From Eledone cirrhosa (lineage: Eukaryota), in the NCBI GenBank assembly GCA_964016885.1, contig CAXHJY010000096.1, forward strand, positions 2,108,001 through 2,172,000: 64,000 nt of DNA, written 5' to 3'. Below, in pieces: positions 25,676 through 38,599 of this stretch. Within the stretch, counting starts at the first letter, position 1. The number at the start of each line of letters is the position of its first letter. The translations under genes were made by a program, and so were the position numbers. The notes below the pieces were generated by a model. That model did not search any database. It had not been told where the DNA came from and saw nothing but the letters and a program-made list of their open reading frames with translations.

Positions 25676-28600
25676 AGGGGAGATAATTTGTAAAAAAAAT
25701 CAGGGGGAGATAATTTGTAAAAAAAATCAGGGGGAGATAATTTGTAAAAAAAAATCAGGGGGAGATAATTTGTAAAAAATAATCAGGGGGAGATAATTTG
25801 TAAAAAAAATCAAGGGGAGATAATTTCCAGCCGTCCAAGGGGAGATAATTTTCAGCCGTCCAAGGGGAGATAATTTCCCGCCAGCCAAGGGAAGATAATA
25901 TTTAAAAAAATTAGGCGGAGATAATTTGTAAAAAAAATCAGGGGGAGATAATTTGTAAAAAAATCAGGGGGAGATAATTTGTAAAAAAAATCAGGGGGGA
26001 GATAATTTGTAAAAAAATCAGGGGGAGATAATTTGTAAAAAATAATCAGGGGGAGATAATTTGTAAAAAAATTCAAGGGGAGATAATTTCCAGCCGTCCA
26101 AGGGGAGATAATTTCCCGCCAGCCAAGGGAAGATAATATTTAAAAAAATTAGGCGGAGATAATTTGTAAAAAAAATCAGGGGGAGATAATTTGTAATAAA
26201 ATCAGGGGGAGATAATTTGTAAAAAAAATCAGGGGGAGATAATTTGTAAAAAAAATCATGGGGAGATAATTTGTAAAAAAAAATCAGGGGTAGATAATTT
26301 GTAAAAAAAAATCAGGGGGAGATAATTTGTAAAAAAAAATCAGGGGGAGATAATTTGTAAAAAAAATCAAGGGGAGATAATATCCAGCCGTCCAAGGAGA
26401 GATAATTTTAAAAAAAAATGAGGCGGAGATAATTTGTAAAAAAAAAATCAGGGGGAGTTAATTTGTAAAAAAAAATGAGGGGGAGATAATTTGTAAAAAA
26501 AATCAAGGGGAGATAATTTCCAGCCGTCCAAGGGGAGATAATTTTCAGCCGTCCAAGGAGAGGTAATTTCTAGCCGTCCAAGGGGAGATAATTTCCAGCC
26601 GTCCAAGGGGAGGTAATTTCCAGCCGTCCAAGGGGAGATAAATTAAAAAAAAAATCAGGCGGAGATAATTTGTAAAAAAAATCAAGGGGAGATAATTTGC
26701 AGCCGTCCAATGGGAGATAATTTTCAGTCGTCCAAGGAGAGGTAATTTCTAGCCGTCCAAGGGGAGATAATTTCCAGCCGTCCAAGGGGAGATAATTTCC
26801 AGCCGTCCAAGGGGAGATAATTTTTTTTTAAAAATCAGGCGGAGATAATTTGTAAAAAAAATCAGGGGGAGATAATTTGTAAACAAAATCAGGGGGAGAT
26901 AATTTGTAAAAAAAAATCAGGGGGAGATAATTTGTAAAAAAAATTAGGCGTAGATAATTTGTAAAAAAAAATCAGGGGGAGATAATTTGTAAAAAAAAAT
27001 CAGGGGGAGATAATTTGTTTAAAAAATCAAGGGGAGATAATTTGCAGCCGTCCAAAGGGAGATAATTTTCAGCCGTCCAAGGAGAGGTAATTTCTAGCCG
27101 TTCAAGGGGAGATAATTTCCAGCCGTCCAAGGGGAGATAATTTCCAGCCGTCCAAGGGGAGATAATTTTTTTTAAAAAATCAGGCGGAGATAATTTGTAA
27201 AAAAAAATCAGGGGGAGATAATTCGTAAAAAAAAATCAGGGGGAGATAATTTGTAAAAAAAAATCAGGGGGAGATAATTTGTAAAAAAAATCAAGGGGAG
27301 ATAATTTCCAGCCGTCCAAGGGGAGGTAATATCTAGCCGTCCAAGGGGAGATAATTTCCAGCCGTCCAAGGGGAGATAATTTCCAGCCGTCCAAGGGGAG
27401 ATAATTTCCAGCCGTCCAAGGAGACATATTTTCCAGCCGTCCAAGGCGAGGTAATTTCTAGCCGTCCAAGGGGAGATAAATTCCAGCCTCCAAGGGGAGA
27501 TAATTTCCAGCCAGCCAAGGGGAGATAATTTGTAAAAAAATCAGGGGGAGATAATTTGTAAAAAATATCAGGGAGATAATTTGTAAAAAAAAATCAGGGG
27601 GAGATAATTTGTAAAAAAAATCAGGGGGAGATAATTTGTAAAAAAAAATCAGGGGGAGATAATTTGTAAAAAAAATCAAGGGGAGATAATTTCCAGCCGT
27701 CCAAGGGGAGATAATTTTCAGCCGTCCAAGGAGAGGTAATTTCTAGCCGTCCGAGGAGAGATAATTTCCAGCCGTCCAAGGGGAGATAATTTCCAGCCGT
27801 CCAAGGGGAGATAATTTCCAGCCGTCCAAGGAGACATATTTTCCAGCCGTCCAAGGAGAGGTAATTTCTAGCCGTCCAAGGGGAGATAAATTCCAGCCTC
27901 CAAGGGGAGTTAATTTCCAGCCAGCCAAGGGGAGATAATTTGTAAAAAAATCAGGGGGAGATAATTTGCAAAAAAAATCAGGGGGAGATAATTTGTAAAA
28001 AAATCAGGGGGAGATAATTTGTAAAAAATAATCAGGGGGAGATAATTTCCAGCCGTCGAAGGGGAGATAATTTAAAAAAAAATCAGGCGGAGATAATTTG
28101 TAAAAAAAAATCAGGGGGAGATAATTTGTAAAAAAAAATCAGGGGGAGATAATTTGTAAAATAAATCAAGGGGAGATAATTTCCAGCCGTCCAAGGGGAG
28201 ATAATTTTCAGCCGTCCAAGGGGAGATAATTTCCCGCCAGCCAAGGGAAGATAATATTTAAAAAAATCAGGCGGAGATAATTTGTAAAAAAAATCAGGGG
28301 GAGATAATTTGTAAAAAAATCAGGGGGAGATAATTTGTAAAAAAAAATCAGGGGGCGATAATTTGTAAAAAAAATCAGGGGGAGATAATTTGTAAAAAAA
28401 AATCAGGGGGAGATAATTTGTAAAAAAAAATCAGGGGGAGATAATTTGTAAAAAAAATGAAAGGGGAGATAATATCCAGCCGTCCAAGGGGAGATAATTT
28501 CCAGCCGTCCAAGGGGAGATAATTTCCAGCCGTCCAAGGGGAGATAATTTCCATCCTTCCAAGGGGATATAATTTCCAGCCGTCCAAGGGGAGATAATTT

Positions 28601-31600
28601 CCATCCTTCCAAGGGGATATAATTTCCAGCCGTCCAAGGGGAGATAATTTTCAGCCGTCCAAGGAGAGGTAATTTCTAGCCGTCCAAGGAGAGATAATTT
28701 CCAGCCGTCCAAGGGGAGATAATTTCCAGCCGTCCAAGGGGAGATAATTTCCAGCCGTCCAAGGAGACATATTTTCCAGCCGTCCAAGGAGAGGTAATTC
28801 CTAGCCGTCCAAGGGGAGATAAATTCCAGCCTCCAAGGGGAGATAATTTCCAGCCAGCCAAGGGGAGATCATTTGTAAAAAAAATCAGGGGGAGATAATT
28901 TGTAAAAAAAATCAGGGGGAGATAATTTGTAAAAAAAAATCAGAGGGAGATAATTTGTAAAAAATAATCAGGGGGAGATAATTTGTAAAAAAAATCAAGG
29001 GGAGATAATTTCCAGCCGTCCAAGGGGAGATAATTTTCAGCCGTCCAAGGGGAGATAATTTTCAGCCGTCCAAGGAGAGGTAATTTCTAGCCGTCCAAGG
29101 AGAGATAATTTCCAGCCGTCCAAGGGGAGAGAATTTCCAGCCGTCCAAGGGGAGATAATTTCCAGCCGTCCAAGGAGACATATTTTCCAGCCGTCCAAGG
29201 AGAGGTAATTCCTAGCCGTCCAAGGGGAGATAAATTCCAGCCTCCAAGGGGAGATAATTTCCAGCCAGCCAAGGGGAGATCATTTGTAAAAAAAATCAGG
29301 GGGAGATAATTTGTAAAAAAAATCAGGGGGAGATAATTTGTAAAATAAATCAAGGGGAGATAATTTCCAGCCGTCCAAGGGGAGATAATTTTCAGCCGTC
29401 CAAGGGGAGATAATTTCCCGCCAGCCAAGGGAAGATAATATTTAAAAAAATCAGGCGGAGATAATTTGTAAAAAAAATCAGGGGGAGATAATTTGTAAAA
29501 AAATCAGGGGGAGATAATTTGTAAAAAAAAATCAGGGGGCGATAATTTGTAAAAAAAATCAGGGGGAGATAATTTGTAAAAAAAAATCAGGGGTAGATAA
29601 TTTGTAAAAAAAAATCAGGGGGAGATAATTTGTAAAAAAAAATCAGGGGGAGATAATTTGTAAAAAAAATGAAAGGGGAGATAATATCCAGCCGTCCAAG
29701 GGGAGATAATTTCCAGCCGTCCAAGGGGAGATAATTTCCAGCCGTCCAAGGGGAGATAATTTCCATCCTTCCAAGGGGATATAATTTCCAGCCGTCCAAG
29801 GGGAGATAATTTCCATCCTTCCAAGGGGATATAATTTCCAGCCGTCCAAGGGGAGATAATTTTCAGCCGTCCAAGGAGAGGTAATTTCTAGCCGTCCAAG
29901 GAGAGATAATTTCCAGCCGTCCAAGGGGAGATAATTTCCAGCCGTCCAAGGGGAGATAATTTCCAGCCGTCCAAGGAGACATATTTTCCAGCCGTCCAAG
30001 GAGAGGTAATTCCTAGCCGTCCAAGGGGAGATAAATTCCAGCCTCCAAGGGGAGATAATTTCCAGCCAGCCAAGGGGAGATCATTTGTAAAAAAAATCAG
30101 ATGGAGATAATTTGTAAAAAAAATCAGGGGGAGATAATTTGTAAAAAAAAATCAGAGGGAGATAATTTGTAAAAAATAATCAGGGGGAGATAATTTGTAA
30201 AAAAAATCAAGGGGAGATAATTTCCAGCCGTCCAAGGGGAGATAATTTTCAGCCGTCCAAGGGGAGATAATTTCCCGCCAGCCAAGGGAAGATAATATTT
30301 AAAAAAATTAGGCGGAGATAATTTGTAAAAAAAATCAGGGGGAGATAATTTGTAAAAAAATCAGGGGGAGATAATTTGTAAAAAAAATCAGGGGGAGATA
30401 ATTTGTAAAAAAAAATCAGGGGTAGATAATTTGTAAAAAAAAATCAGGGGGAGATAATTTGTAAAAAAAATCAGGGGGAGATAATTTGTAAAAAAAATCA
30501 GGGGGAGATAATTTGTAAAAAAAAATCAGGGGTAGATAATTTGTAAAAAAAAATCAGGGGGAGATAATTTGTAAAAAAAATCAAGGGGAGATAATTTCCA
30601 GCCGTCCAAGGGAAGATAATTTCCAGCCCTCCAAGGGGCTATAATTTCCAGCGTCCAAGGGGAGATAATTTCCAGCCAGCGAAGGGGAGATAATTTTTTT
30701 TTCAAAATCATTGGGATATTTGTAAAAAAAATCAGGGGGAGATAATTTGTAAAAAAAATCAAGGGGAGATAATTTCCAGCCGTCCAAGGGGAGGTAATAT
30801 CTAGCCGTCCAAGGGGAGATAATTTCCAGCCGTCCAAGGGTAGATAATATCCAGCCGTCCAAGGACATATTTTCCAGCCGTCCAAGGAGAGGTAATTTCT
30901 AGCCGTCCAAGGGGAGATAAATTCCAGCCTCCAAGGGGAGATAATTTCCAGCCAGCCAAGGGGAGATAATTTGTAAAAAAATCAGGGGGAGATAATTTGT
31001 AAAAAAAATCAGGGGGAGATAATTTGTAAAAAAAAATCAGGGGGAGATAATTTGTAAAAAAAAATCAGGGGGAGATAATTTGTAAAAAAAATCAGGGGGA
31101 GATAATTTGTAAAAAAAATCAAGGGGAGATCATTTCCAGCCGTCCAAGGGAGATAATTTTCAGCCGTCCAAGGGGAGATAATTTCCCGCCAGCCAAGGGA
31201 AGATAATATTTAAAAAAATCAGGCGGAGATAATTTGTAAAAAAAATCAGGGGGAGATAATTTGTAAAAAAATCAGGGGGAGATAATTTGTAAAAGAAAAA
31301 TCAGGGGGAGATAATTTGTAAAAAAAATCAGGGGGAGATAATTTGTAAAAAAAAATCAGGGGTAGATAATTTGTAAAAAAAAATCAGGGGGAGATAATTT
31401 GTAAAAAAAATCAGAGGGAGATAATTTGTAAAAAAAATGAAAGGGGAGATAATATCCAGCCGTCCAAGGGGAGATAATTTCCAGCCGTCCAAGGGGAGAT
31501 AATTTCCAGCCGTCCAAGGGGAGATAATTTCCATCCTTCCAAGGGGATATAATTTCCAGCCGTCCAAGGGGAGATAATTTCCCGCCAGCCAAGGGAAGAT

Positions 31601-34600
31601 AATTTTTAAAAAAATCAGGCGGAGATTGTAAAAAAAATCAGGGGGGAGATAATTTGTAAAAAAATCAGGGGGAGATAATTTGTAAAAAAAAATCAGGGGG
31701 AGATAATTTGTAAAAAATAATCAGGGGGAGATAATTTGTAAAAAAAAATCAAGGGGAGATAATTTCCAGCCGTCCAAGGGGAGATAATTTCCCGCCAGCC
31801 AAGGGAAGATAATATTTAAAAAAATTAGGCGGAGATAATTTGTAAAAAAAATCAGGGGGAGATAATTTGTAAAAAAATCAGGGGGAGATAATTTGTAAAA
31901 AAAATCAGGGGGAGATAATTTGTAAAAAAAATCATGGGGAGATAATTTGTAAAAAAAAATCAGGGGTAGATAATTTGTAAAAAAAAATCAGGGGGAGATA
32001 ATTTGTAAAAAAAAATCAGGGGGAGATAATTTGTAAAAAAAATCAAGGGGAGATAATTTCCAGCCGTCCAAGGGGAGATAATTTTCAGCCGTCCAAGAAG
32101 AGGTAATTTCTAGCCGTCCAAGGGGAGATAATTTCCAGCCGTCCAAGGGGAGGTAATTTCCAGCCGTCCAAGGGGAGATAATTTTAAAAAAAAAATCAGG
32201 CGGAGATAATTTGTAAAAAAAATCAAGGGGAGATACTTTGCAGCCGTCCAAGGGGAGATAATTTTCAGTCGTCCAAGGAGAGGTAATTTCTAGCCGTCCA
32301 AGGGGAGATAATTTCCAGCCGTCCAAGGGGAGATAATTTCCAGCCGTCCAAGGGGAGATAATTTTTTTTTAAAAATCAGGCGGAGATAATTTGTAAAAAA
32401 AATCAGGGGGAGATAATTTGTAAACAAAATCAGGGGGAGATAATTTGTAAAAAAAAATCAGGGGGAGATAATTTGTAAAAAAAATCAAGGAGAGATAATT
32501 TCCAGCCGTCCAAGGGAAGATAATTTCCAGCCGTCCAAGGAGACATATTTTCCAGCCGTCCAAGGCGAGGTAATTTCTAGCCGTCCAAGGGGAGATAAAT
32601 TCCAGCCTCCAAGGGGAGATAATTTCCAGCCAGCCAAGGCGAGATAATTTGTAAAAAAATCAGGGGGAGATAATTTGTAAAAAATATCAGGGAGATAATT
32701 TGTAAAAAAAAATCAGGGGGAGATAATTTGTAAAAAAAATCAGGGGGAGATAATTTGTAACAAAAAATCAGGGGGAGATAATTTGTAAAAAAAATCAAGG
32801 GGAGATAATTTCCAGCCGTCCAAGGGGAGATAATTTTCAGCCGTCCAAGGAGAGGTAATTTCTAGCCGTCCGAGGAGAGATAATTTCCAGCCGTCCAAGG
32901 GGAGATAATTTCCATCCTTCCAAGGGGATATAATTTCCAGCCGTCCAAGGGGAGATAATTTCCATCCTTCCAAGGGGATATAATTTCCAGCCGTCCAAGG
33001 GGAGATAATTTTCAGCCGTCCAAGGAGAGGTAATTTCTAGCCGTCCAAGGAGAGATAATTTCCAGCCGTCCAAGGGGAGATAATTTCCAGCCGTCCAAGG
33101 GGAGATAATTTCCAGCCGTCCAAGGAGACATATTTTCCAGCCGTCCAAGGAGAGGTAATTCCTAGCCGTCCAAGGGGAGATAAATTCCAGCCGTCCAAGG
33201 GGAGATAATTTTCAGCCGTCCAAGGGGAGATAATTTCCCGCCAGCCAAGGGAAGATAATATTTAAAAAAATTAGGCGGAGATAATTTGTAAAAAAAATCA
33301 GGGGGAGATAATTTGTAAAAAAATCAGGGGGAGATAATTTGTAAAAAAAATCAGGGGGGAGATAATTTGTAAAAAAATCAGGGGGAGATAATTTGTAAAA
33401 AATAATCAGGGGGAGATAATTTGTAAAAAAATTCAAGGGGAGATAATTTCCAGCCGTCCAAGGGGAGATAATTTCCCGCCAGCCAAGGGAAGATAATATT
33501 TAAAAAAATTAGGCGGAGATAATTTGTAAAAAAAATCAGGGGGAGATAATTTGTAATAAAATCAGGGGGAGATAATTTGTAAAAAAAATCAGGGGGAGAT
33601 AATTTGTAAAAAAAATCATGGGGAGATAATTTGTAAAAAAAAATCAGGGGTAGATAATTTGTAAAAAAAAATCAGGGGGAGATAATTTGTAAAAAAAAAT
33701 CAGGGGGAGATAATTTGTAAAAAAAATCAAGGGGAGATAATATCCAGCCGTCCAAGGAGAGATAATTTTAAAAAAAAATGAGGCGGAGATAATTTGTAAA
33801 AAAAAAATCAGGGGGAGTTAATTTGTAAAAAAAAATGAGGGGGAGATAATTTGTAAAAAAAATCAAGGGGAGATAATTTCCAGCCGTCCAAGGGGAGATA
33901 ATTTTCAGCCGTCCAAGGAGAGGTAATTTCTAGCCGTCCAAGGGGAGATAATTTCCAGCCGTCCAAGGGGAGGTAATTTCCAGCCGTCCAAGGGGAGATA
34001 AATTAAAAAAAAAATCAGGCGGAGATAATTTGTAAAAAAAATCAAGGGGAGATAATTTGCAGCCGTCCAATGGGAGATAATTTTCAGTCGTCCAAGGAGA
34101 GGTAATTTCTAGCCGTCCAAGGGGAGATAATTTCCAGCCGTCCAAGGGGAGATAATTTCCAGCCGTCCAAGGGGAGATAATTTTTTTTAAAAAATCAGGC
34201 GGAGATAATTTGTAAAAAAAATCAGGGGGAGATAATTTGTAAACAAAATCAGGGGGAGATAATTTGTAAAAAAAAATCAGGGGGAGATAATTTGTAAAAA
34301 AAATTAGGCGTAGATAATTTGTAAAAAAAAATCAGGGGGAGATAATTTGTAAAAAAAAATCAGGGGGAGATAATTTGTTTAAAAAATCAAGGGGAGATAA
34401 TTTGCAGCCGTCCAAAGGGAGATAATTTTCAGCCGTCCAAGGAGAGGTAATTTCTAGCCGTTCAAGGGGAGATAATTTCCAGCCGTCCAAGGGGAGATAA
34501 TTTCCAGCCGTCCAAGGGGAGATAATTTTTTTTAAAAAATCAGGCGGAGATAATTTGTAAAAAAAAATCAGGGGGAGATAATTCGTAAAAAAAAATCAGG

Positions 34601-37600
34601 GGGAGATAATTTGTAAAAAAAAATCAGGGGGAGATAATTTGTAAAAAAAATCAAGGGGAGATAATTTCCAGCCGTCCAAGGGGAGGTAATATCTAGCCGT
34701 CCAAGGGGAGATAATTTCCAGCCGTCCAAGGGGAGATAATTTCCAGCCGTCCAAGGGGAGATAATTTCCAGCCGTCCAAGGAGACATATTTTCCAGCCGT
34801 CCAAGGCGAGGTAATTTCTAGCCGTCCAAGGGGAGATAAATTCCAGCCTCCAAGGGGAGATAATTTCCAGCCAGCCAAGGGGAGATAATTTGTAAAAAAA
34901 TCAGGGGGAGATAATTTGTAAAAAATATCAGGGAGATAATTTGTAAAAAAAAATCAGGGGGAGATAATTTGTAAAAAAAATCAGGGGGAGATAATTTGTA
35001 AAAAAAAATCAGGGGGAGATAATTTGTAAAAAAAATCAAGGGGAGATAATTTCCAGCCGTCCAAGGGGAGATAATTTTCAGCCGTCCAAGGAGAGGTAAT
35101 TTCTAGCCGTCCGAGGAGAGATAATTTCCAGCCGTCCAAGGGGAGATAATTTCCAGCCGTCCAAGGGGAGATAATTTCCAGCCGTCCAAGGAGACATATT
35201 TTCCAGCCGTCCAAGGAGAGGTAATTTCTAGCCGTCCAAGGGGAGATAAATTCCAGCCTCCAAGGGGAGTTAATTTCCAGCCAGCCAAGGGGAGATAATT
35301 TGTAAAAAAATCAGGGGGAGATAATTTGCAAAAAAAATCAGGGGGAGATAATTTGTAAAAAAATCAGGGGGAGATAATTTGTAAAAAATAATCAGGGGGA
35401 GATAATTTCCAGCCGTCGAAGGGGAGATAATTTAAAAAAAAATCAGGCGGAGATAATTTGTAAAAAAAAATCAGGGGGAGATAATTTGTAAAAAAAAATC
35501 AGGGGGAGATAATTTGTAAAATAAATCAAGGGGAGATAATTTCCAGCCGTCCAAGGGGAGATAATTTTCAGCCGTCCAAGGGGAGATAATTTCCCGCCAG
35601 CCAAGGGAAGATAATATTTAAAAAAATCAGGCGGAGATAATTTGTAAAAAAAATCAGGGGGAGATAATTTGTAAAAAAATCAGGGGGAGATAATTTGTAA
35701 AAAAAAATCAGGGGGCGATAATTTGTAAAAAAAATCAGGGGGAGATAATTTGTAAAAAAAAATCAGGGGGAGATAATTTGTAAAAAAAAATCAGGGGGAG
35801 ATAATTTGTAAAAAAAATGAAAGGGGAGATAATATCCAGCCGTCCAAGGGGAGATAATTTCCAGCCGTCCAAGGGGAGATAATTTCCAGCCGTCCAAGGG
35901 GAGATAATTTCCATCCTTCCAAGGGGATATAATTTCCAGCCGTCCAAGGGGAGATAATTTCCATCCTTCCAAGGGGATATAATTTCCAGCCGTCCAAGGG
36001 GAGATAATTTTCAGCCGTCCAAGGAGAGGTAATTTCTAGCCGTCCAAGGAGAGATAATTTCCAGCCGTCCAAGGGGAGATAATTTCCAGCCGTCCAAGGG
36101 GAGATAATTTCCAGCCGTCCAAGGAGACATATTTTCCAGCCGTCCAAGGAGAGGTAATTCCTAGCCGTCCAAGGGGAGATAAATTCCAGCCTCCAAGGGG
36201 AGATAATTTCCAGCCAGCCAAGGGGAGATCATTTGTAAAAAAAATCAGGGGGAGATAATTTGTAAAAAAAATCAGGGGGAGATAATTTGTAAAAAAAAAT
36301 CAGAGGGAGATAATTTGTAAAAAATAATCAGGGGGAGATAATTTGTAAAAAAAATCAAGGGGAGATAATTTCCAGCCGTCCAAGGGGAGATAATTTTCAG
36401 CCGTCCAAGGGGAGATAATTTTCAGCCGTCCAAGGAGAGGTAATTTCTAGCCGTCCAAGGAGAGATAATTTCCAGCCGTCCAAGGGGAGAGAATTTCCAG
36501 CCGTCCAAGGGGAGATAATTTCCAGCCGTCCAAGGAGACATATTTTCCAGCCGTCCAAGGAGAGGTAATTCCTAGCCGTCCAAGGGGAGATAAATTCCAG
36601 CCTCCAAGGGGAGATAATTTCCAGCCAGCCAAGGGGAGATCATTTGTAAAAAAAATCAGGGGGAGATAATTTGTAAAAAAAATCAGGGGGAGATAATTTG
36701 TAAAATAAATCAAGGGGAGATAATTTCCAGCCGTCCAAGGGGAGATAATTTTCAGCCGTCCAAGGGGAGATAATTTCCCGCCAGCCAAGGGAAGATAATA
36801 TTTAAAAAAATCAGGCGGAGATAATTTGTAAAAAAAATCAGGGGGAGATAATTTGTAAAAAAATCAGGGGGAGATAATTTGTAAAAAAAAATCAGGGGGC
36901 GATAATTTGTAAAAAAAATCAGGGGGAGATAATTTGTAAAAAAAAATCAGGGGTAGATAATTTGTAAAAAAAAATCAGGGGGAGATAATTTGTAAAAAAA
37001 AATCAGGGGGAGATAATTTGTAAAAAAAATGAAAGGGGAGATAATATCCAGCCGTCCAAGGGGAGATAATTTCCAGCCGTCCAAGGGGAGATAATTTCCA
37101 GCCGTCCAAGGGGAGATAATTTCCATCCTTCCAAGGGGATATAATTTCCAGCCGTCCAAGGCGAGATAATTTCCATCCTTCCAAGGGGATATAATTTCCA
37201 GCCGTCCAAGGGGAGATAATTTTCAGCCGTCCAAGGAGAGGTAATTTCTAGCCGTCCAAGGAGAGATAATTTCCAGCCGTCCAAGGGGAGATAATTTCCA
37301 GCCGTCCAAGGGGAGATAATTTCCAGCCGTCCAAGGAGACATATTTTCCAGCCGTCCAAGGAGAGGTAATTCCTAGCCGTCCAAGGGGAGATAAATTCCA
37401 GCCTCCAAGGGGAGATAATTTCCAGCCAGCCAAGGGGAGATCATTTGTAAAAAAAATCAGATGGAGATAATTTGTAAAAAAAATCAGGGGGAGATAATTT
37501 GTAAAAAAAAATCAGAGGGAGATAATTTGTAAAAAATAATCAGGGGGAGATAATTTGTAAAAAAAATCAAGGGGAGATAATTTCCAGCCGTCCAAGGGGA

Positions 37601-38599
37601 GATAATTTTCAGCCGTCCAAGGGGAGATAATTTCCCGCCAGCCAAGGGAAGATAATATTTAAAAAAATTAGGCGGAGATAATTTGTAAAAAAAATCAGGG
37701 GGAGATAATTTGTAAAAAAATCAGGGGGAGATAATTTGTAAAAAAAATCAGGGGGAGATAATTTGTAAAAAAAAATCAGGGGTAGATAATTTGTAAAAAA
37801 AAATCAGGGGGAGATAATTTGTAAAAAAAATCAGGGGGAGATAATTTGTAAAAAAAATCAGGGGGAGATAATTTGTAAAAAAAAATCAGGGGTAGATAAT
37901 TTGTAAAAAAAAATCAGGGGGAGATAATTTGTAAAAAAAATCAAGGGGAGATAATTTCCAGCCGTCCAAGGGAAGATAATTTCCAGCCCTCCAAGGGGCT
38001 ATAATTTCCAGCGTCCAAGGGGAGATAATTTCCAGCCAGCGAAGGGGAGATAATTTTTTTTTCAAAATCATTGGGATATTTGTAAAAAAAATCAGGGGGA
38101 GATAATTTGTAAAAAAAATCAAGGGGAGATAATTTCCAGCCGTCCAAGGGGAGGTAATATCTAGCCGTCCAAGGGGAGATAATTTCCAGCCGTCCAAGGG
38201 TAGATAATATCCAGCCGTCCAAGGACATATTTTCCAGCCGTCCAAGGAGAGGTAATTTCTAGCCGTCCAAGGGGAGATAAATTCCAGCCTCCAAGGGGAG
38301 ATAATTTCCAGCCAGCCAAGGGGAGATAATTTGTAAAAAAATCAGGGGGAGATAATTTGTAAAAAAAATCAGGGGGAGATAATTTGTAAAAAAAAATCAG
38401 GGGGAGATAATTTGTAAAAAAAAATCAGGGGGAGATAATTTGTAAAAAAAATCAGGGGGAGATAATTTGTAAAAAAAATCAAGGGGAGATCATTTCCAGC
38501 CGTCCAAGGGAGATAATTTTCAGCCGTCCAAGGGGAGATAATTTCCCGCCAGCCAAGGGAAGATAATATTTAAAAAAATCAGGCGGAGATAATTTGTAA

